In this document: positions 1 to 8,666 of the stretch, one piece after another
Layout: each line of letters begins with the position of its first letter
Numbering within the stretch: the first letter of the stretch is position 1
From: Gammaproteobacteria bacterium
GTDB lineage: Bacteria; Pseudomonadota; Gammaproteobacteria; Enterobacterales; Kangiellaceae
Direction: 5' to 3'
Assembly: GCA_013373375.1 (NCBI GenBank)
Contig: JABXHY010000018.1
Coordinates: forward strand, 43,113 to 107,112
Length of the DNA: 64,000 nucleotides
Program-made: the position numbers and the translations under genes
Notes under the pieces: generated by a model
What the model saw: the letters and a program-made list of their open reading frames with translations, nothing else
Databases searched by the model: none
Told to the model about the DNA's origin: nothing

Positions 1-2
1 GC

Positions 3-1394
3 TTTAATCCTTTCAAAGGCATGGTAGAGCAAAAAGTCATTGTGCCAGAAGAAACCAAAAGTGTAATCAATAGCGCTTTTTCTGGACCCTGCGTTGCTGT
101 CACTAAGATGGGAAATGTATATGTCAGGAAAAATGACAAGTGGAATCCAGTAACTCAACCAAGTCCAATCCGTAAAATTTTACCTGATAGTCATTGTGAA
201 AAACTATGGACTCTTTCTGAGTTTAATCAGAATACAGTGAGTATATATTTGCTGGCTTATGACGAAAAAACAAACAGTTGGGAAAGTAAATTAGTGGAGC
301 AAGAGAATGGCTTTGACATCGAAGATTTCGTTCTGAACTTCCAACAAACACAGCTCGCTGCTTATTTTTATGATGACGTTTATCCTAAAATGAAAAATCA
401 AATTCGCCAATACGCCAGCCTGTCGTCCATCATTCGGACTTTACAACCTCATCCGTATTGGCGCGTAATTGATGGATCTACTGGTGATGGACGCTTTTTA
501 GTTGAAGTACAATCACCAACTCTTTCTCCAACCACTTATCTTGCGGACCTTACGAAAAGGAAACTAGTTAAATTAGATTCGAGATTGAAACAAGCTTCCG
601 ATACCTGGGTGACGACCAGTGCCCTTAAAGTAAAATCGAGTCACTCTTCGGAGTTAGTTGTTTATTTAACATCCTCGAGAGAAAAGGAGGATAAGCAAAA
701 AATCAAACCGCTAATTGTCAAACTGCATGGCGGACCTTTTGAAATTAGAGATCGATGGCGATTTGACCCAGAAGCTCAGTGGTTGGCCAAAAAAGGATTT
801 GATGTCGTCGCCATTAATTATCAGGGCTCAGGTGGTTTTGGTAAAAAGTTTCAATCGGCGGCCTATGGCAAGCTGAGAGATACCTTAGAAGATGATATAG
901 ATAATGTTCTTGATTACTTAGAGGCCAGTTTAGGCTATCAAAGAGAGTCTGCGTGTTTAATGGGCAGCAGTTTCGGCGGTTTTGCCGCTCTGTCTGAATT
1001 AATTGAAAACAATGAGAATTATAAGTGTGGCATTTTAATATCAAGCGTAACCGATCTAAATGGGATCTATCAGTCACTCGATAATCCCGAGGAAAAAGCT
1101 CAATTCGAAGAAAGATTCGGCGATATAACTAGCCATTCGTGGCAAAACGAAAATAATTTGGTTTCCCAAATTGGAGAGTTAAAACGTCCTTTACTGGTCA
1201 TCTACTCAGACGCCGACCCATTAGTGCCGAGTGAGCAAAGTAAGAAATTATTGAAACAATTAGAAGTATTAAATAAGACGCACCAATCTCTAGTACTGAA
1301 CATTAACTCACACAATCTAATTGATGCAGACTCAAGGACAGCAATTTATGAAAAAATAAATGAGTTTTTGTTATCCGTAAACCTAGTCAATTAA
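3..1394 (+). CDS. S9-family (prolyl oligopeptidase-like) serine peptidase, 5'-truncated by the window edge
   Basis: LHGGP, NYQGSGGFG, nucleophile GSSFGG, Asp in DADPLVP and His in NSHNL. The frame is open from base 3, so the ATG at 21 is probably internal. Confidence 0.85.
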   Translation, partial: FNPFKGMVEQKVIVPEETKSVINSAFSGPCVAVTKMGNVYVRKNDKWNPVTQPSPIRKILPDSHCEKLWTLSEFNQNTVSIYLLAYDEKTNSWESKLVEQENGFDIEDFVLNFQQTQLAAYFYDDVYPKMKNQIRQYASLSSIIRTLQPHPYWRVIDGSTGDGRFLVEVQSPTLSPTTYLADLTKRKLVKLDSRLKQASDTWVTTSALKVKSSHSSELVVYLTSSREKEDKQKIKPLIVKLHGGPFEIRDRWRFDPEAQWLAKKGFDVVAINYQGSGGFGKKFQSAAYGKLRDTLEDDIDNVLDYLEASLGYQRESACLMGSSFGGFAALSELIENNENYKCGILISSVTDLNGIYQSLDNPEEKAQFEERFGDITSHSWQNENNLVSQIGELKRPLLVIYSDADPLVPSEQSKKLLKQLEVLNKTHQSLVLNINSHNLIDADSRTAIYEKINEFLLSVNLVN

Positions 1395-2224
1395 CTTTCT
1401 AAGTTAATTTTCTGCAACTGGAATGTTTGCATTTGGTTTGTAATCGGGCATAAAAATTCTATTTTATAGGCGGTAAGTTGCAAGTCCTTATCGGTTGAAG
1501 TGTCTGTGTTATACAGTCGATCACCGACAATCGGAAATCCTTTGCTTGCTAAGTGCTTTCGTATTTGATGTTTACGTCCAGTTTCTATTTTTATTTTTAG
1601 TAAACTGTTTGTTCCTTCGTAATGAATGCATTCAACGTGACTGATGGCTGACTTTCCATCTATTGGAGTGTCTATAGTAACATTGCTATCATATGGCCAC
1701 TTACCAGACACTACCGCTTGATAGTATTTGTCAACTGTTCGAGTGGAAAATAAGTTTGATAATTGACCAGCTGCCTTTTTGCTGTGAGCAATTAAAATTA
1801 AGCCACTGGCGGCTCGATCGAGCCGATGAACAATAAAAGAATTACGTTGCGGCTTTAAGTTTTGTTCTGCCCATCGCGCAATGGTGCAGTGATCTCCCCA
1901 TTTTGAACCTTGACTCAATAGTCCTGACGGCTTATTCCACACACTGTAATCGGACATGTCTTTAATGAGTTCAGGGTTAGGAATAGAGGCACTTAAAACT
2001 TTTGGATCATAATACATATCCAATTGACTGCCCGCTGACAGAACTTTTTTTGCACGACGAACTCGTTGTGTTCTCTTCCCCTGAGTTAGCCACACACAAC
2101 CCTTATTTAGAGCATCTTTGAGTTTTTGTTTTGATAAGGTGCAGTTGCGCGCAAGTGTTTCAATAACTGTTTCATTTGATTCGGTAATTAGAACTTGGAT
2201 TTCGAGTTTCTTCTGGTCAGACAT
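1391..2224 (-). CDS. RluA-family 23S rRNA pseudouridine synthase with N-terminal S4-like region
   Basis: NKPSGL, catalytic HRLDRAASG, IETGRKHQIRKH and GDRLY motifs. Stop overlaps the S9 peptidase stop (TTAA 1391-1394). Confidence 0.9.
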   Translation of the reverse strand: MSDQKKLEIQVLITESNETVIETLARNCTLSKQKLKDALNKGCVWLTQGKRTQRVRRAKKVLSAGSQLDMYYDPKVLSASIPNPELIKDMSDYSVWNKPSGLLSQGSKWGDHCTIARWAEQNLKPQRNSFIVHRLDRAASGLILIAHSKKAAGQLSNLFSTRTVDKYYQAVVSGKWPYDSNVTIDTPIDGKSAISHVECIHYEGTNSLLKIKIETGRKHQIRKHLASKGFPIVGDRLYNTDTSTDKDLQLTAYKIEFLCPITNQMQTFQLQKINLES

Positions 2225-2234
2225 ATTGTATCAA

Positions 2235-4010
2235 TTAAGCTTCTGAGGAAGGGGTATTCCCATCGGTATGGTAATTTTTATATTGCTCCGAGGGCGGTAG
2301 CGCGTATATGTTGACTCGATTACGACCATCACGTTTTGCTTCGTACAACGCATCGTCAGAATGTTTCAGTAGTTTGTCGAGCTCGTATCCCGACACACGA
2401 CTAACGGTTAAGCCAAAACTGGCGGTTATTTGGAACTCTTTACCCGTTTCAGTCGTATTAATTTCCATTAAACCTTTTCGAATGTCTTCTGCAATTTCTC
2501 GTGCTTTATCCAGTTCGCAACCCGGAAGCAGAATAGCGAACTCTTCTCCTCCAAGTCTTCCAAAAATATCGATTTTCCGAATGATATTTTTAATTTTCTC
2601 AGGAATTTTTTGTAATACCCAATCGCCTACGGGGTGACCAAAGGTGTCATTAATATTTTTGAATTTATCGAGGTCAAATAAAATAAAACTCACTGCATCA
2701 GCTCTGCTTTCGCATGCTCTAAGTACGCTTTCACTCTCTGCGGTAAAGTGTCGTCTGTTTGCAATTCCTGTCAAGGAATCGAACTCCGCAAGTTGTCTTA
2801 ATCTTACATGGGTTTTTCGAGTTCGGTAAGCCCACATTATCAAGAAAGTAATGATTATACCCAGCAAAACTATAAATAAGGTTTTTGTTTTTGCTTCTTG
2901 CTTCGACAGTATTTTTTCTAGTGTAAGAGCTTCATTTTTCTTATTTAACAGCTCTATCTGAATGTTTTTCTCTTGAAGCTGATGGCTGGCCGTTTGAATT
3001 GCAATTTGCTTTCTTTTATTTTCATCTAAGTTCAATCGTTCAAATTCGTAGTATTTTTCAAGCAGCTCGACAGATTTTTCACCATTACCTCTGAGTTTTT
3101 CAATTTCATAAAGTGTTTTATAGGCGGAGACCACCGATTTGTAAGGTAGCTTATCTTTGTTTAATGAAATGGTTTTTTTACTTAAAGATTCTGCCGCAGC
3201 ATAACTTTGTTGTTTAAAGTAACTTTGCGCCAGGATATTGTAAAACTCTGCAGTCAATACTGGGTAGCCAATTGACTCAACCACTTTTAAGTGAGGCGCG
3301 AGTAATTCACTGGCCTTTTTATATTGTTTATCCGATAACAGTTTTTTCCCTTTTAAATGACTATTAAACTGTACCCATAACTCTTCGTTAGCTTGTGAGC
3401 ACGTCTCTATTGCTTGCTCAAAAAAAAACTCTTTGTCTTTCAATTCAACACCAGCTTCATTCATCAATGAATATGCCTTGCACTTGACCTTTAAATCTGA
3501 AGATGAGTTTAGCAGGCGCTCAGCATTATTATAGCCTAAACCATACTCACCAAGTTGGTTGTAAAAGCCAGCCTTTATTCCCGACGCATAAGTATTTAAT
3601 TCTTCATTAACTATTTGGTCGAGAAATTCTTGCGCTTCATTAATGAGCAACAATCCTTCCAACCAGTTTTGTGAGATTGTGTAAATATTGACCAGTAAAA
3701 GAGTGGCTTTAGTTTTTATTTCACTTGATGTTGTGTTATTTCTTACTTTTTCAGCCAGCGTTTCTGATTCAGAAATTTGGCCCTGTAAGCTAAACGACAG
3801 CGCTTTTAAGTACAATTGATAATAAAGGAAGTCTTGGTTTGAATGAGTTGAGTAGTCAAGCTGATTAACGGTGGAAATAAATTCTCTTACGTTTTCAGTC
3901 CTTAAATTCTCAATTTCCTTTAAACGTGCAAATGCATTGTCATTTTCGGAGGCAAAAGCTGCCTCCGAAAATGACAAATATAACAAAAAAATGAATAGTC
4001 GGTTGATCAA
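2235..4010 (-). CDS. Membrane-anchored diguanylate cyclase with periplasmic TPR-like helical sensor
   Basis: N-terminal signal peptide (MINRLFIFLLYLSFSEAAFA), ~350 aa helical repeat region, one TM (FIVLLGIIITFLIMWAY), then DSLTGIANRR, DLDKFKNINDTFGH, RKID I-site and GGEEF. TTG start overlaps the upstream stop (TTGA). Confidence 0.88.
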   Translation of the reverse strand: MINRLFIFLLYLSFSEAAFASENDNAFARLKEIENLRTENVREFISTVNQLDYSTHSNQDFLYYQLYLKALSFSLQGQISESETLAEKVRNNTTSSEIKTKATLLLVNIYTISQNWLEGLLLINEAQEFLDQIVNEELNTYASGIKAGFYNQLGEYGLGYNNAERLLNSSSDLKVKCKAYSLMNEAGVELKDKEFFFEQAIETCSQANEELWVQFNSHLKGKKLLSDKQYKKASELLAPHLKVVESIGYPVLTAEFYNILAQSYFKQQSYAAAESLSKKTISLNKDKLPYKSVVSAYKTLYEIEKLRGNGEKSVELLEKYYEFERLNLDENKRKQIAIQTASHQLQEKNIQIELLNKKNEALTLEKILSKQEAKTKTLFIVLLGIIITFLIMWAYRTRKTHVRLRQLAEFDSLTGIANRRHFTAESESVLRACESRADAVSFILFDLDKFKNINDTFGHPVGDWVLQKIPEKIKNIIRKIDIFGRLGGEEFAILLPGCELDKAREIAEDIRKGLMEINTTETGKEFQITASFGLTVSRVSGYELDKLLKHSDDALYEAKRDGRNRVNIYALPPSEQYKNYHTDGNTPSSEA

Positions 4011-4219
4011 GCTTGCTTCTCTTCTTTTTCGGGTATCTCGCTTGGCTCTTCTTGCGGAGTCTCCTCTGTTTCATCATCATCCTCTGCTGGTGCAATCATA
4101 CAAACGATGTCTGGTAGTGATTTTTTGTACAGCTCGAGCTCTTCAGGAGATAACTCAGTAATACTTTTGTTGGTCAGAGTCTTTTCACCAAGTTCTTCGA
4201 GTAACTTTATAACATTCAT
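4007..4219 (-). CDS. Split-borosin RiPP precursor peptide (short helical leader, DIVCMIAP core, acidic follower)
   Basis: 70 aa directly downstream of the borosin methyltransferase with SD AAGGA. N-terminal LLEELG helix, hydrophobic core I38-A45, and 13 Asp/Glu among residues 46-67. Confidence 0.8.
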   Translation of the reverse strand: MNVIKLLEELGEKTLTNKSITELSPEELELYKKSLPDIVCMIAPAEDDDETEETPQEEPSEIPEKEEKQA

Positions 4220-4238
4220 GCGCTTTTCCTTTTGGATT

Positions 4239-5027
4239 TTAATTGATGACTTTCAAAGAGTGTTTTTGCTTTTTTTTTCTAGGTATTAATTTTTTCGAAG
4301 GAGGAATTATTAATGTCGATTTCTGTGATAGTTGTTGAACACTCAGTTCCGATAATTTGCAAGTCAATTGTATCGCATTTTCAACGGCATTCGATGCTGC
4401 CTCGTAAACAATTACTTTATGGTCGAGAGGAAAGTCTTCTGCCAGTAAATCGGTTAGTTCTAACAAATGTTGTTCATTTTTATTCAACTGGGTATGGCTT
4501 TTATCACCTGCAGCCATCACTTGCCATAAAATTAGATAAGCCGTTGGGTCGATGTTTCTTTGGTAAAACATGAACTGACTGGCTTCAAAATGTTGGCAGC
4601 CGTATTTACCGGGATCAATACCTAAGTCGGCGTATAAACAGTCTGCAGCTGAGATACCTGGCAACATTATTGCTTCGAATCCTTCTGCTTTTGCTTGTAG
4701 AATAGCTTTGTGAGAAGGATTAACAAAAACACCTGGATGACCATAAAAAGCAGCGACCGCCTTTTTACCTTGTCGTACTGGTGTTAGTAATGCTTCGGTC
4801 ATTTCTTGATAGGTGATCTTGCGTGACTTACCTTTATTGTAATACTGCTGTAAAGATACAACATTTGGATGAATGTCTTTTAGCCATAATTCAAAGAGAG
4901 AATCTGAAGATGCAGCAAATACAATATCAGCGCTCTTTAGGGCGTGGCGAGCGATTGGCGTTATGTGTGCACCTATTGTGATGCCGACGCCAAGACATAT
5001 CAAACTGCCTCGATTTCCCTCATTCAT
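4239..5027 (-). CDS. Borosin-type SAM-dependent backbone alpha-N-methyltransferase (OphMA/SonM-like)
   Basis: GSLICLGVG, QQYYNKGKSRKITYQEM (catalytic Y/R/Y as in OphMA YYDNGKSRLNTY), FYGHPGVFVNPSH, LPGISAADCLYADLGIDP, GCQHFEASQF. ATG 5027 preferred over TTG 5042. Confidence 0.9.
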   Translation of the reverse strand: MNEGNRGSLICLGVGITIGAHITPIARHALKSADIVFAASSDSLFELWLKDIHPNVVSLQQYYNKGKSRKITYQEMTEALLTPVRQGKKAVAAFYGHPGVFVNPSHKAILQAKAEGFEAIMLPGISAADCLYADLGIDPGKYGCQHFEASQFMFYQRNIDPTAYLILWQVMAAGDKSHTQLNKNEQHLLELTDLLAEDFPLDHKVIVYEAASNAVENAIQLTCKLSELSVQQLSQKSTLIIPPSKKLIPRKKKQKHSLKVIN

Positions 5028-5091
5028 GAAAATGTACTTCAATTGGATTCACTTTTTGATGCGCCATGATGCAATAAAAATGTGAACTATT

Positions 5092-5607
5092 TCAAATAGT
5101 TTCTTTGATTTTTGAGTAAAGTTGTACATCGCTGGGAGTATTTTTTTCACAATTTGACTTAACAGGTTCAAAACCCAGTCGATTAATCAGTTTTATTCCT
5201 GCTTTATTGGCTACCTTTAGATTTGCAAAAATATTGTTCAGACTAAGCTTATCGAAACCATAGGTCACTACGGCCGATACACAATGAAAAGCAATCCCTT
5301 TTCCTTGCGCCTCTCGTTGCAGAATAATGCCGATTTCTGCTGACCGCTTAGATAAACTTAAATCTTTAAATGCGATAAATCCAAGGGGAGTTGTTGTGTT
5401 ATTCCTGCAAAGAACAAACATCATGTAGTTGGCTGCAGATTTTTGGGTCGCTGTTAGGGTGGTGAGAAAGGCCGATTTTGCTTGTGCAGTGTTTAGCTCG
5501 ACTCCGGTGTATTTCATTAGTTGAGGGTCGGTATAAGTTTGAATATAAAACTTTTCATCTTCAGCTTTTAACTCGCGAAATGTGACTCGGTCTGTTTTGA
5601 AATACAT
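5092..5607 (-). CDS. RimJ/RimL-type GNAT N-acetyltransferase
   Basis: MYFKTDRVTFREL start typical of Acetyltransf_3, AEIGIIL, acetyl-CoA loop QGKGIA, NKAGIKLINRLGF. ATG 5607 preferred over TTG 5628. Confidence 0.8.
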   Translation of the reverse strand: MYFKTDRVTFRELKAEDEKFYIQTYTDPQLMKYTGVELNTAQAKSAFLTTLTATQKSAANYMMFVLCRNNTTTPLGFIAFKDLSLSKRSAEIGIILQREAQGKGIAFHCVSAVVTYGFDKLSLNNIFANLKVANKAGIKLINRLGFEPVKSNCEKNTPSDVQLYSKIKETI

Positions 5608-5909
5608 AAGGTTATAACGCTTTTGCAAAACGCTCGATGTTTGGAAGTGGGTAATTTTACTAAATGCTAACCCAAGCTTATGTTGAGGTCATCAATTCCT
5701 TGGTCGAATCTTGCTTAAAAAGTGGGCCTGACGTAAGATCATGCCCCTTTTTATTCAGGGGTGTGAGGCGCAATTAAGTCGACCATTTGCTTGTTTTGTA
5801 GGTAAAGTTTTTTGAGCTGGCTGTACAAAAATAGAGCAAGGTAATCGAGCACACCAACCATTCCCTGATTGTTTAATGATAAGACAAAGTTAATTTTGAC
5901 AGGATTTTT

Positions 5910-7691
5910 ATGATGATGCGCAGTCACTATTGTGCCGACTTAGTCGGATTACCGGAAACTTCCGAAGTCGCTATTGCTGGCTGGGTTCATCGTCGACGAG
6001 ATTTGGGCGGGCTAATCTTTTTACAAATACGCGATCGAAGTGGCATTGTTCAGGTGACGATTGAACCAGACCAAGGTGATGTGTTCGAAGCTGCAGATGA
6101 ATTGCGCAGCGAGTATGTGGTTTTAGTCAAAGGTAACATTCGCAATCGACCTGAAAATATGGTGAATCAAGACATGGTGACTGGCGCTATAGAAGTGGTT
6201 GCCAGCTCAATTGAGTGCCTAAACAAGTCAGAAACACCCGCGATTTTGATTGACGGTCATGAAGATGTCGCTGAGGAAACGCGTCTTAAATATCGCTATC
6301 TGGATTTACGTCGCCCTGAAATGGCGAAAAAGTTTTTATTTCGTACGAAGCTAACTTCAGCACTGCGCCGATATTTGGACGCTGAAGGCTTTTTGGATAT
6401 GGAGACGCCCATTTTAACGAAAGCGACTCCTGAAGGTGCGCGTGATTACTTGGTTCCAAGTCGCACGCACAAAGGTTCTTTTTTCGCATTACCGCAATCA
6501 CCTCAGCTTTTTAAACAATTGTTAATGATGAGTGGTTTCGATCGCTATTACCAAGTCGTCCGCTGCTTTCGTGACGAAGATTTGCGCGCCGATCGTCAGC
6601 CAGAATTTACCCAGCTCGATATCGAAACTTCGTTTATGGACGAAGAGGGGATCATGGGGCTTATGGAAAACATGATTCGAAGCGTGTTCAAAGAAATGCT
6701 GGATGTTGAGCTACCAAATCCATTTCCACGTATGCCTTACAGTCAAGCGATGGAAAAATACGGTTCCGACAAACCTGACTTACGAGTTGATATGCCGATC
6801 CACACGGTTGACGACATAATGCAGTCGGTCGACTTCAAAGTATTCAGCGGGCCCGCTAACGATACAGAAGGAAGAGTAGGTGTTCTTAATCTTAAAGGCG
6901 GCGCAGAACAAGTCAGCCGAAAGAAAATAGACGAGTACACCAAGTTTGTCGGTGTGTATGGAGCTAAAGGATTAGCGTTCATTAAAGTGAACGATCGAGC
7001 AGCAGGCATTGAAGGTTTACAGTCGCCAATTGTTAAGTTTCTTACACCAGACGTTGCTGAGCAATTATTGGAACGTGTTGGCGCTGAAACAGGTGATATT
7101 CTGTTTTTTGGATCGGATAACTCGAGAGTGGTTGCCGACGCACTTGGCGCGCTGCGTTTAAAATTAGCAAATGATTTCGAGTTGTTGAGTAATCAATGGA
7201 AACCATTATGGGTCGTCGACTTTCCAATGTTTGAAGAAGATGATGGTCAATTGCAAGCGCTTCATCATCCATTCACTTCGCCAAAAGAGCTTGATCCGGA
7301 AGCGCTTAAAGCTAATCCGACCGGTACATTGTCGCGAGCTTACGACATGGTATTGAACGGTTGTGAAGTGGGCGGTGGTTCAACTCGTATTCATAACACA
7401 GACTTGCAACAAACCATTTTTGAAATATTGGGAATTTCAGAAACCGAAGCACGAGAAAAGTTTGGCTTTTTACTTGATGCGCTTAAGTTTGGTTGTCCGC
7501 CACATGGCGGGATTGCGTTTGGTTTGGATCGACTAGTTATGTTAATGGTTGGGGCTTCGTCAATTCGTGATGTTATTACCTTTCCGAAAACAACAACAGC
7601 AGCTTGTCCACTAACCGAAGCGCCAGCAAAAGTGTCTGACGCGCAGTTGAGTGAATTAGGCATTGAGTTAAAAAAGAAATCGGCGGAATAA
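5910..7691 (+). CDS. aspS: Aspartate--tRNA ligase
   Basis: MRSHYC start, [54 protein letters not shown]. Probably the non-discriminating Asp/Asn type common in this context (not determined). Confidence 0.98.
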   Translation: MMMRSHYCADLVGLPETSEVAIAGWVHRRRDLGGLIFLQIRDRSGIVQVTIEPDQGDVFEAADELRSEYVVLVKGNIRNRPENMVNQDMVTGAIEVVASSIECLNKSETPAILIDGHEDVAEETRLKYRYLDLRRPEMAKKFLFRTKLTSALRRYLDAEGFLDMETPILTKATPEGARDYLVPSRTHKGSFFALPQSPQLFKQLLMMSGFDRYYQVVRCFRDEDLRADRQPEFTQLDIETSFMDEEGIMGLMENMIRSVFKEMLDVELPNPFPRMPYSQAMEKYGSDKPDLRVDMPIHTVDDIMQSVDFKVFSGPANDTEGRVGVLNLKGGAEQVSRKKIDEYTKFVGVYGAKGLAFIKVNDRAAGIEGLQSPIVKFLTPDVAEQLLERVGAETGDILFFGSDNSRVVADALGALRLKLANDFELLSNQWKPLWVVDFPMFEEDDGQLQALHHPFTSPKELDPEALKANPTGTLSRAYDMVLNGCEVGGGSTRIHNTDLQQTIFEILGISETEAREKFGFLLDALKFGCPPHGGIAFGLDRLVMLMVGASSIRDVITFPKTTTAACPLTEAPAKVSDAQLSELGIELKKKSAE

Positions 7692-7700
7692 AAAGTAACC

Positions 7701-7739
7701 CTAGGATTTTAACAAAGGAGTCAAACAAAGGAGTTAAGT
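7701..7739 (+). repeat. 13-bp tandem duplication containing the Shine-Dalgarno (AACAAAGGAGT x2) plus a third AGGA
   Basis: AACAAAGGAGT at 7711-7721 and 7724-7734, AGGA at 7703-7706, yebC ATG at 7740. Confidence 0.8.
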
Positions 7740-8483
7740 ATGGCTGGACATAGTAAATGGGCCAATATAAAACACCGAAAAGCCGCGCAAGACGCTAAAC
7801 GTGGAAAGATCTTTACCAAGATCATTCGTGAACTGGTGGTCGCTGCGAAATCTGGCGGACCTAATCCAGAAGATAATCCAGGACTGAGAGCCTGTATTGA
7901 TAAAGCGCTTGGCGCGAACATGAAAAAAGACACCATTGAAAAGGCTATCGCACGTGGTGCTGGCAATACCGATGGTGACAACTATGAAAATTTAACATAT
8001 GAAGGTTATGGGCCTGGTGGTGTAGCGGTTCTGGTTGAGTGTTTGACCGATAATAAAAATCGCACGGTTGGAGAAGTCAGACACGCGTTTACCAAGCATG
8101 GCGGAAATTTAGGCACATCAGGATCCGTCGCCTACCTTTTTGATAAAAAAGGCCAGATGATTTTCGGTGATGACATCGAAGAAGATTCTCTTATGGAAGC
8201 AGCTCTTGAGTCAGGAGCTGAGGACGTCGTTACGCATGATGATGGTTCTTTTGAAGTGTTGACGACTCCTGAAGAATTCATGACCGTTAAAGATGGTATT
8301 GTGGCAGCGGGCTTCAAACCTGAAAATTCGGAAGTTGCTATGTTGCCCTCTACCCAAGCGGAGCTAGAAGCTGAAGATGGAGCAAAAGTATTACGTTTAG
8401 TTGAGCGTCTGGAAGATTTAGATGACGTGCAAAATGTTTATACTAACGCAGACATTCCAAGTGAAGCCTACGAATTACTTTAA
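7740..8483 (+). CDS. yebC: YebC/PmpR family protein
   Basis: [45 protein letters not shown]. Canonical aspS-yebC-ruvC position. Confidence 0.97.
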   Translation: MAGHSKWANIKHRKAAQDAKRGKIFTKIIRELVVAAKSGGPNPEDNPGLRACIDKALGANMKKDTIEKAIARGAGNTDGDNYENLTYEGYGPGGVAVLVECLTDNKNRTVGEVRHAFTKHGGNLGTSGSVAYLFDKKGQMIFGDDIEEDSLMEAALESGAEDVVTHDDGSFEVLTTPEEFMTVKDGIVAAGFKPENSEVAMLPSTQAELEAEDGAKVLRLVERLEDLDDVQNVYTNADIPSEAYELL

Positions 8484-8534
8484 TTTTTACCGAGTTGTGG
8501 TGTCGGTCGAACTTAGATATTGAACTGAACTTAT

Positions 8535-8572
8535 AAAACCTCGATAAGCCAATCGCAGTCGAGGTTTTTTTT
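8535..8572 (+). terminator. Rho-independent terminator after yebC
   Basis: AAAACCTCGA (8535-8544) / TCGAGGTTTT (8559-8568) stem followed by a T run. Confidence 0.7.
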
Positions 8573-8666
8573 ATGCCCGTTCGTGATACCTTAAAGCTAA
8601 CCACTAAGCATTTATTTTTTTGAGACTGTGATTACCCGTATGCAACTGAGTGTTAAAGAGTAATTT

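Noticed and set aside
4239-5027. Calling the methyltransferase a cobalamin/siroheme tetrapyrrole methylase
   Set aside because: It lacks the GxGPGDP and RLKGGDP motifs present in the true CysG in this window and has borosin-specific YYxxGKSRxxTY and FYGHPGVF motifs plus an adjacent precursor.
8573-8666. LexA (SOS) box upstream of ruvCAB
   Set aside because: Closest match CTGTGATTACCCGTAT lacks the ACAG half-site. No CTGT-N8-ACAG was seen here.
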